Shown: positions 27,010 through 33,131 of the stretch, piece by piece
How the letters are laid out: each line of letters begins with the position of its first letter
Position numbering within the stretch: the stretch's first letter is position 1
Virus record (IMG/VR): IMGVR_UViG_2791355422_000001
Direction: 5' to 3' (one strand)
DNA length: 33,131 nt
Source of the DNA: an uncultured virus (IMG/VR IMGVR_UViG_2791355422_000001)
Lineage: Duplodnaviria; Heunggongvirae; Uroviricota; Caudoviricetes
Notes under the pieces: model-generated
What the model saw: the letters and a program-made list of their open reading frames with translations, nothing else
Databases searched by the model: none
What the model was told of the DNA's origin: nothing
Translations under genes and position numbers: made by a program

Positions 27010-27215
27010 TGCTGCCTCTCCGTCGAACAGTGCGACGCCGTGACGCTAGCGTGAGGCTGCGTCTCTGGGGGGCGAGTCGGGGCGACTGCCATCAAATGAG
27101 GTGTGCTGCCGTCCTGTGGGGCGTGTCGCTTCTCCAGTACGACTGATGCACCCGCGCGTGTGATCGTGGGCCGCTTTGCCTTCTTCGGGGCCAGGGGTGC
27201 CGCTATCACCACTAC

Positions 27216-27905
27216 ATGATCAAGAATTCTTTGCGCGTGTTCGCAGCCGCCGCGCTCCTCGCCCTGCCCGCCCTTGCCGCATCACCCGCGCTCGCCGCGC
27301 CGGCCGCCCCCGAGCCGCACCGCCTGGCCCTGACTGACGCCATTGAGCAGCTGCCGCTCGCGGCTGAGTCCCGCGACGGGTACGTCCGCACCGCGTTCAA
27401 GCACTGGGTGGACGACGACAAGGACCGCTGCACTACCCGAGCAGAGGTGCTCATCAGCGAGTCCCGCACCAAGCCCGTCATCAAGGGCAAGTGCAAGGTG
27501 ACCAGCGGCACCTGGTTCTCCTACTACGACGGACAGACACTCACCGACCCCAAGGGCCTCGACATCGACCACATGGTCCCGCTCGCTGAAGCCTGGGACA
27601 GCGGGGCCTCGCAGTGGAGCCCGGCGCATCGCGAGGACTACGCCAACGACCTGGACGCCGAGCGCAGCTTGGTCGCCGTCACCGCGAAGACCAACCGCAG
27701 CAAAGCTGATCAGGATCCGGCCCAGTGGCTGCCCCCGCTCGCGGACGCCCGCTGTACCTACGCGGCCGACTGGACGGCCACCAAGCTGCGGTGGTCGCTC
27801 ACCGCGGACAAGACCGAGGTCGCCAAGCTCCAGGAGCTCGCCGAGGGCTGCGGTCGCCAGGAAGTCGAGTACATGCCGGCGCCGGAGGACACCGTCGCGG
27901 TGTAG
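27216..27905 (+). CDS. Secreted HNH endonuclease (DUF1524 / GmrSD C-terminal-like)
   Basis: Signal peptide ending ALA; GY.R..F.HW.D...C.TR.EVL, DIDHMVPLAEAWDSGA, YAND, NRSKADQDPAQWLPP. Confidence 0.9.
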   Translation: MIKNSLRVFAAAALLALPALAASPALAAPAAPEPHRLALTDAIEQLPLAAESRDGYVRTAFKHWVDDDKDRCTTRAEVLISESRTKPVIKGKCKVTSGTWFSYYDGQTLTDPKGLDIDHMVPLAEAWDSGASQWSPAHREDYANDLDAERSLVAVTAKTNRSKADQDPAQWLPPLADARCTYAADWTATKLRWSLTADKTEVAKLQELAEGCGRQEVEYMPAPEDTVAV

Positions 27906-27931
27906 GTCTCGGCGGGCCGGTATCAGTCCAG

Positions 27932-28261
27932 TTAGTCCAGCATGCCGAGCGGCGTGTCCGGGTGGCAGTGAGGGCAGGCGTTGACGCCCTCGTGCAGTGC
28001 GAGGCACGCCTGGTCCTGGGTGACGCCTCTGCTGCGCTTGCCCGCCATGTGGCAGCCGCCGGCGTGCACGTACACCGGGTCGCGTCCGGCGAGGCCCTGC
28101 TCGATGAGCCAGTCCGGAGCCGGCGGGCGGTTCCGTTCGCCGCGGATCCGCTCGGCCTCGCGCTGCTCCTCGGCTGCGATCCACTGGCGGGTGCGGGCGA
28201 GGTCGCGGAGCTGTACCCGCTCCAGGAAGCGGAGCACGTCGAGGCGGCGGATCTCGGTCAT
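27932..28261 (-). CDS. DUF6233-like protein
   Basis: PDWLIEQG...VH.GGC.MAG...ACPHC.PDT.LG motif; start overlaps stop of upstream gene. Confidence 0.8.
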   Translation of the reverse strand: MTEIRRLDVLRFLERVQLRDLARTRQWIAAEEQREAERIRGERNRPPAPDWLIEQGLAGRDPVYVHAGGCHMAGKRSRGVTQDQACLALHEGVNACPHCHPDTPLGMLD

Positions 28262-28485
28262 CAGGTGAGCCGGTAGTCCCGCCAGCTGCTGAGGTGTGCG
28301 CGGGTGAGGATCCCGGCCTGCTCGAGTCGGCGGAGCTGGTAGTGGACGGAGGAGGGGCTGGACAGGCCGACGGCCTTGCCGATCTCGCGCAGGGTGGGCG
28401 CTTCACCGGTGTCCGCGATGTGGTTGCGGATGCTGGCGAGGATGCGGCGCTGCCGGTCGGTCATGTCCCGTGCGGGGTGGCTCAT
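28261..28485 (-). CDS. Stand-alone LexA-type N-terminal wHTH DNA-binding protein
   Basis: MTDRQRRIL..IR..I...GEAPTLREIGKAVGLSSPSSVHYQLRRLE..G; no C-terminal peptidase; GAGGAA SD. Confidence 0.85.
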   Translation of the reverse strand: MSHPARDMTDRQRRILASIRNHIADTGEAPTLREIGKAVGLSSPSSVHYQLRRLEQAGILTRAHLSSWRDYRLT

Positions 28486-28682
28486 GACTGTTCCTCGGCG
28501 CGGCGTCGGAGGTCGGGCTGCTGGGTGCGCGGTACGTCCTGGGCGAGGCGGCGGGACAGGGTGATGAGTCGTCGCCGGAGTGTGGTGTTGCTGGTGGTGG
28601 GATTGTCGGCGAGGGCTTGGTAGGTGCGGTTCCAGTCGCGCTGGTTCTGCACGCTGTCGGGTGTGGGGTTGTTGTGCACCAT
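28482..28682 (-). CDS. Small hypothetical protein (66 aa), first gene of SOS-box operon
   Basis: Q.DW.RTY.ALA.....LRRRLI.LS helical motif; ATGA overlap with next gene. Confidence 0.6.
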   Translation of the reverse strand: MVHNNPTPDSVQNQRDWNRTYQALADNPTTSNTTLRRRLITLSRRLAQDVPRTQQPDLRRRAEEQS

Positions 28683-28690
28683 GAGCCCAG

Positions 28691-28706
28691 TAGAGCATGT
28701 GTTCGA
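28691..28706 (-). promoter_or_regulatory. Putative LexA (SOS) box
   Basis: TCGAAC-ACAT-GCTCTA on minus strand vs actinobacterial consensus TCGAAC-N4-GTTCGA; 8 nt before start codon at 28682. Confidence 0.65.
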
Positions 28707-28793
28707 ATTAATGTGCGAGCCGAAGGGCCTAGGTGTTCGTGCCTCTGGGTGTCGGCGGCCTCTGCCATCCTGGGGCTCTATCGAGGAGGCTCC

Positions 28794-28910
28794 ATGCTGC
28801 GCGACCTCTACCGCTGGACGTATCGCAACTTCGAGATGGCGGCCTACGGGTTCGGTGCGGCGTGCGCCCTCGCTCTCGCCGCTCTTGGGCCCATCGTGTG
28901 GACTCGCTGA
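28794..28910 (+). CDS. Small membrane peptide (38 aa)
   Basis: GAGGAGG SD; MLRDLYRWTYRNFEMAAYGFGAACALALAALGPIVWTR. Confidence 0.5.
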   Translation: MLRDLYRWTYRNFEMAAYGFGAACALALAALGPIVWTR

Positions 28911-29176
28911 CCTCGGCCGCGTTGTCAGTAGCCCCGCCTAGACTTTCGACCATCACATCCGCGCTGTGGCTGCAGCGTTGCCGCCCCGTCCGTTCAGCGC
29001 CGGGCGGGGCGCTTGAACGGAGGCGCCGGGACTTCCTGCCGATCCTCGCGATCGTCCTGCTGACCGCGTACAGCTGCGGTGTCGCGATCTCGGCGGACGA
29101 CCCTAAAGCGCCACTCTGGCTGAGCTGGCCAGCGCCCATCTGGGACCTGCTCGTGCACAGCTGGCGGCGGTAGGGC

Positions 29177-29386
29177 TCAGGCTCCGTCGCTCTCCGGCTC
29201 CGGGTGCCGCACGAGCTTCTTCAGCTCGGTCTCGACGGCGAGCCGCGATTCCCCGGACTCGGCGGCGAACGCGGCGATCGCCGCCTGCACCTTCGCGGCC
29301 GTGTCCACGGTCAGCGTCCCGGCCTGGATCTCCTCCCAGGCGGAACGTTCCAGCGCGATCAGGTCATCAGGGAGTTCGATAGCCAC
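29177..29386 (-). CDS. Small hypothetical protein (69 aa), likely leaderless
   Basis: IELPDDLIALERSAW...VE.ELKK.VRHP; TATGAT -10 box 6 nt before GTG. Confidence 0.7.
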   Translation of the reverse strand: MAIELPDDLIALERSAWEEIQAGTLTVDTAAKVQAAIAAFAAESGESRLAVETELKKLVRHPEPESDGA

Positions 29387-29453
29387 GGCAGGATCATAAG
29401 TCGTTCACCGCTTCCCCTTGGTGGCGGCACTCCCCGTAGCCGAGCCTGAATCC

Positions 29454-29678
29454 ATGGACATCATCGACTTGAGCGAGAAGCGCCGCGAGCGCGAAGGGCC
29501 CCAGCCTGAGTACGCGGCCTGCCGCTGTGGAGAGGCGTGGTTCGAACTGCGCGGCGGCCCCACTGGCAGCGGGGCCGTGTGTATGACCACGGACGGGGTC
29601 GTCACCGGCTATGCGGGGACGCCTTGCTGCGTGGGATGCGGCCTGCCGTTCACCCTCCCAGTCGGAAGGCGTGGCTGA
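29454..29678 (+). CDS. Small zinc-finger-like protein
   Basis: IIDL.E.R N-terminus, C.CG..WF and C..CG motifs. Confidence 0.6.
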   Translation: MDIIDLSEKRREREGPQPEYAACRCGEAWFELRGGPTGSGAVCMTTDGVVTGYAGTPCCVGCGLPFTLPVGRRG

Positions 29679-29706
29679 CCAGGCTTTTCCGTGACAGCAC
29701 GAAGTG

Positions 29707-29901
29707 CTACGCCGCCTCCGCGATGTCCCCGCGCAGTGCCTCCGCCTGCGACACCCGCGTCCACTCCGCGACCAGCACCTCATACTCCGCCCGCTGCGCG
29801 TCCGACAGACGCACCGCCGGATGCGGCCACAGCGCGCGGATCGCAGCGTTCAGTTCCTCAGCAGAACGCACGCCGCCACCAGGCGAGGGAGAGGGGGACA
29901 T
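29707..29901 (-). CDS. Small hypothetical protein divergent from XRE regulator, likely leaderless
   Basis: RSAEELNAAIRALW...YE.LV.EW motif; TAGGCT -10 box 7 nt before ATG. Confidence 0.7.
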   Translation of the reverse strand: MSPSPSPGGGVRSAEELNAAIRALWPHPAVRLSDAQRAEYEVLVAEWTRVSQAEALRGDIAEAA

Positions 29902-30025
29902 GGATCAAAGCCTAGGCGCTGGCAGTGACAGGTAATAGGCGTCAACAGCCCGCACAGGGCCCTCACATGAGAATGGTCTCGCCCCATACCCTGACAGTGA
30001 CGAGCTGCAAGGAAGGGGCAAGACC

Positions 30026-31276
30026 GTGTCCTCAGATGGTACCCCGGACCCGTTCGCCAACCCGTTGGCGTTCGGACAGAGACTGCAAATCCTCCGGCAG
30101 AAGCGCGGCCTCTCCCGGCCCGTCCTCGCCGGACTCCTCGGGAAGTCCCCGGACTGGCTGAAGCAGATCGAGAACGGGCGGATGAGCATGCCGAAGCTGC
30201 CTGTCATCCTGCGTATCGCCGAGCTGCTGCGCGTCCGCGACCTCGCTGACCTCACGGGCGACCAGTCGCTCAGCGTCGATCTGTTCGTCGGCCCTGGCCA
30301 CTCCCGGCTCCCGGCTGTCCGCGCCGCCATCAACGCTTTCCCTCTCGCCGTAGACCGGCAGGCGCCCACCGCAGCACACCTCCAGGCGCGTCTCGCCCGC
30401 GCCTGGGCTGCCCGCCACCAGGCCCCCAACCATCGCGAGGTCGTGGGCGAGCTCCTGCCCGACCTGATCCGCGACGGGCAGCTCGCTGTCCGTCAGGCCG
30501 AGACCGCAGCCGATCGGCGAGCCGCACAGGCCTGCCTCTCGGAGATCTACTCTCTGTCCCAGTTCTTCGTCGCCTACCAGCCCGACAGCGCTCTGCTGTG
30601 GCGCGTCGCCGAACGCGGCATGGTCGCAGCCCAGGAGAGCGAAGACCCGCACGCCATCGGGGTTGCCGCATGGCTCACCGCGCAAGCCCACCGCGATGGC
30701 GGCCCCGCCGGATTCGATGCCGCGGACGCCGTCACCACCGAGGCCATCCGCTACCTGGAGCCGTACCTGCCTGAAGCCGACGACCGGGTTCTCGCGATCG
30801 CTGGCGCCCTGCAGTTCGAGGCCGGATACACCGCCGCCCGCCGCGGCGAGAACGGCACTGCATGGAACTGGTGGGACACCGCAGCCAAGACGGCGAAGAA
30901 GCTGGATGCGGGCTATTACCACCCGATCACGTCGTTCTCCCGCGCCATCATGGGTGCCCACGCCGTCACCATCGCCGTCGAACTCCGGGCCGGCGGCGAA
31001 TCGGTACGCCAGGCCAACAAAGCCGACGCCGTCGCCATCCCCTCCCGGCCGCGCCTGGCACGCCACCGTATCGAAGAGGCCCGCGGCTATCAGCTGGACG
31101 GGCAGGCAGAGACCGCCCTCGCGACCCTGGAGAGGGCCCACGAGGCCGCACCGGAGACGATCCGCTACAACGGCTACGCCCGGCTCATCGTCATCGAGGA
31201 GACCGAGTCGAAGAACCCCGCTAGGCGGCGGCGAGCGGCAGTGCTGGCGTCAGAGCTGGGTCTGCTCGCCGCCTGA
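30026..31276 (+). CDS. XRE-family HTH transcriptional regulator with TPR-like C-terminal domain
   Basis: FGQRLQILRQKRGLSRPVLAGLLGKSPDWLKQIENG HTH; long helical C-terminus ending APE..RY; AAGGGG SD. Confidence 0.9.
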   Translation: MSSDGTPDPFANPLAFGQRLQILRQKRGLSRPVLAGLLGKSPDWLKQIENGRMSMPKLPVILRIAELLRVRDLADLTGDQSLSVDLFVGPGHSRLPAVRAAINAFPLAVDRQAPTAAHLQARLARAWAARHQAPNHREVVGELLPDLIRDGQLAVRQAETAADRRAAQACLSEIYSLSQFFVAYQPDSALLWRVAERGMVAAQESEDPHAIGVAAWLTAQAHRDGGPAGFDAADAVTTEAIRYLEPYLPEADDRVLAIAGALQFEAGYTAARRGENGTAWNWWDTAAKTAKKLDAGYYHPITSFSRAIMGAHAVTIAVELRAGGESVRQANKADAVAIPSRPRLARHRIEEARGYQLDGQAETALATLERAHEAAPETIRYNGYARLIVIEETESKNPARRRRAAVLASELGLLAA

Positions 31277-31295
31277 ACATCGAACGCACGGGCGA

Positions 31296-31314
31296 GGGGG
31301 AGGATTCCTCCCCC
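31296..31314. promoter_or_regulatory. Palindromic operator-like site
   Basis: GGGGGAGGA-T-TCCTCCCCC, 9-bp arms with 1-nt centre, upstream of TACGGT -10-like box at 31337-42. Confidence 0.5.
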
Positions 31315-31377
31315 TTCCCCGACCGCTCCGCTTCTACGGTCAGACCCTCACCTGATCAACATGGATGCGGGGACACC

Positions 31378-31707
31378 ATGGACGTACAAGACGTCCCGCC
31401 AGTGCGGGCCCTCATCGACGAGGCCTGCGCCGCCAGCCGGGATCTGCCCACGCCTCAGCGGCTCGTCGAGCTTGACGGTCTCCTGCGGACACAGCTCGGC
31501 CGTCTCGCGCCGATAGTGCAGCGGCAGGCTGACGGCCTGAACCGGGGGACACGCGACTGGTGGAACCGGCAGCGTGCTGTGGACGCCACCCGCAACGCAC
31601 TCCGCGAGCCCTGCTGTGACGGCAGTGCGCTGCTGCCAGCGGCCATGCTTGTCGCCGAACTCGGCCGCCGGCTCCATGAACTCGATGGCTACGTCCGCGA
31701 CGAGTGA
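31378..31707 (+). CDS. Hypothetical protein (DUF6415-like)
   Basis: GGGGA SD; L...LR..L..L.P.V helical pattern; downstream of XRE regulator. Confidence 0.65.
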   Translation: MDVQDVPPVRALIDEACAASRDLPTPQRLVELDGLLRTQLGRLAPIVQRQADGLNRGTRDWWNRQRAVDATRNALREPCCDGSALLPAAMLVAELGRRLHELDGYVRDE

Positions 31708-31841
31708 TGATCTGCGCCCGCTGCGACGAACCGATTCGGCCGGGTCAGCCGTACAGCAGTCACGACATTCATAGCCCGTCCGCGGGCGGCGCGACGGTGC
31801 GCGTGCACCTGAGGTGCAAGGGTGCCGGTTCGCGAAGGTGA
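31707..31841 (+). CDS. Small zinc-binding protein (44 aa, not in ORF track)
   Basis: TGATG coupling; MICARCDEPIRPGQPY...S.GGATV.VHLRC (CxxC...HxxC). Confidence 0.65.
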   Translation: MICARCDEPIRPGQPYSSHDIHSPSAGGATVRVHLRCKGAGSRR

Positions 31842-32035
31842 TCCTCCGCATACGGCGCGTGGGCGGCTCTGGCCAGCGGTTACACGGCGGGTGATCTATT
31901 CGCACGGGGTGCGAAGGGAACGTGGTGACATGTGCGTGCAGCGGGGTTACGCCTGGCAGATATATGCACTTGAATGCCGAACATCGACAACGTGATGACG
32001 TGCAGTCGCTGTGCCCCCAGGGGCGACTGGCGCCT

Positions 32036-32266
32036 CTAGTGGAGGAGGTCAGTGACGTGGACGCGCAACTGGTGGGCGACGCGGAGGAGATGGGACAGCT
32101 TCATCTCCTGACCGGCTTCCATCCGCTGGATGGTGCTGCGGTCGAGCCCGGAGTTCTGGGCGAGACGTTCCTGGGTGAGGTTCTCGTGCAGGCGCCGGAC
32201 GCGGATGCGGTCACCGGCCGCCTTCATGGCGTCGGTGATCCATTGATCTTGGTCGGCGGGTGGCAC
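32036..32266 (-). CDS. Small XRE/Cro-like HTH regulator
   Basis: GDRIRVRRLHENLTQERLAQNSGLDRSTIQRMEAG...L..L.R.A..L.V.VTDL. Confidence 0.88.
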   Translation of the reverse strand: MPPADQDQWITDAMKAAGDRIRVRRLHENLTQERLAQNSGLDRSTIQRMEAGQEMKLSHLLRVAHQLRVHVTDLLH

Positions 32267-32371
32267 CCGTCCTACGTTTTATCGACCATGATCATAAGTC
32301 AGCAGCAGATTTGCGGCATTATTTGATCATGGAATGAGCGCCCGGCCCCCGCGCTCACCTTGCCCCGGTAT

Positions 32372-32407
32372 CAGCCCTGCGGCCTGCTGGCGTGTGCCGC
32401 AGGGCTG
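32372..32407. terminator. Strong stem-loop in intergenic region
   Basis: CAGCCCTGCGGC...GCCGCAGGGCTG 12-bp perfect stem. Confidence 0.5.
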
Positions 32408-32424
32408 CAGGTAGTGTCCACGAT

Positions 32425-32440
32425 TCGAACGTGCGTTCGC
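32425..32440 (+). promoter_or_regulatory. Putative LexA (SOS) box
   Basis: TCGAAC-GTGC-GTTCGC, one mismatch to TCGAAC-N4-GTTCGA. Confidence 0.7.
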
Positions 32441-32542
32441 TCGAAAGGGCGAACATCGGCAGGCCTGCGGATTCCGTTGGGCAGGGAGGGAATCATGCGC
32501 GTCACCCCGACAACCAGCGGCTCAACCCACAGGAGACGGGAC

Positions 32543-32782
32543 ATGAACGACGAGGAGCTCCTCGCCCTCTACGAATGGGCGCCGGGGAAGTGTTTCCGGC
32601 ACCCCGCCGCAGGCACCGTCGGTACTGCCCTCGTCAAGACCATCCGCCCCCGGCTCGACGGCGAGAAGGAGGTCCGCGCCTGCCGCCGATGCGTGCTCGC
32701 CATGGAAGGGATAAGGCGGGAGGCGGCCGAGCGTGCAGGTCTGGACTACGAGCCGGGGCACGCGGGCGAGGCGCTGGGTTAG
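32543..32782 (+). CDS. Small hypothetical protein with CxxH...CxxC motif
   Basis: AGGAG SD; LYEW..G.CFRHP...ACRRCVL.ME...Y.PG. Confidence 0.7.
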   Translation: MNDEELLALYEWAPGKCFRHPAAGTVGTALVKTIRPRLDGEKEVRACRRCVLAMEGIRREAAERAGLDYEPGHAGEALG

Positions 32783-32822
32783 GCGTTGTCGCTGCTGGAG
32801 GGCTCGCAGTGCCTAACTTTCC

Positions 32823-32867
32823 GGGGAGCACCTGGGGAGAATGGCAGCCTGGGGAGCGCACGGGGAG
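32823..32867 (+). repeat. Two pairs of GGGGAG direct repeats, putative integrase arm-type sites near prophage end
   Basis: GGGGAG at 32823, 32834, 32851 and 32862; 11-bp period within each pair; after the last phage-like gene. Confidence 0.55.
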
Positions 32868-33131
32868 CGCCAGAATTCCTAAGTCGTCACGACTCGTCTC
32901 CACCAGGCTTCATTCATCACAGCAGTTCAGCGGCTTCCGTCCTCTCGATGGAGCGACACCCCTGGCGCACCAGGGAGTTGACGCCAAATGGAGAACATCT
33001 GGCTCCGCACCCAGCGCTACAACGCGTCGGGCAAGGTCGTCTCCGGCACCGGCGGAGTCTGCTATCTGTACTTCCCGACCAGACTCGCCGCCGCCCAGAA
33101 GAAGGCGCTGGCGGCGGTGGGGATTCACTGA

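Larger units (their letters stand above)
1..32870 (+). mobile_element. Temperate siphovirus prophage (late genes, lysis cassette, accessory region); left part lies outside the window
   Basis: Canonical order terminase-portal-head-tail-tape measure-minor tail-lysin-holin, then moron-like genes and att-arm-like repeats; right boundary approximate. Confidence 0.9.

Noticed and set aside
27023..27038. TCGAAC half-site upstream of the 26410-27009 gene as an SOS box
   Set aside because: Second half-site (CGACGC) does not match the consensus
31922..32326. 134-aa plus-strand ORF
   Set aside because: Antisense to a clear XRE HTH gene, with no motif support
32890..32905. CTCCACCA as a tRNA/tmRNA 3' end (att core)
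   Set aside because: No T-arm (GGTTCRANTCC) upstream, so an RNA gene fragment cannot be supported
32910..33128. 72-aa minus-strand ORF at window end
   Set aside because: No recognisable motif and the upstream context is cut off; cannot be supported

Overview
High-GC actinobacterial DNA, most consistent with Streptomyces, holding the right-hand part of a temperate siphovirus prophage. Bases 1-21845 are a co-directional late operon: terminase large subunit (5'-truncated), portal, MuF-like minor head protein, scaffold, HK97-type major capsid, head-tail joining genes, major tail, tail chaperones with a -1 frameshift, tape measure with M23 and lytic-transglycosylase domains, minor tail proteins and a lysis cassette. 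Two genes in this operon are unexpected: a GT4 glycosyltransferase coupled to the capsid gene, and an antisense DUF4429-like gene inside the head-tail module. Bases 21848-32800 are a mosaic accessory region: lipoprotein, HEPN-like RxxxxH protein, a res-site/serine resolvase/zinc-ribbon GIY-YIG-like nuclease module, secreted HNH nuclease, an SOS-box-preceded operon with a stand-alone LexA DNA-binding domain, XRE regulators and many small genes, some apparently leaderless. Paired GGGGAG direct repeats near 32820-32870 resemble integrase arm sites, so the prophage boundary is probably close. I saw no integrase, rRNA, tRNA or CRISPR array. All family assignments come from motif recognition and synteny by eye, not database searches.
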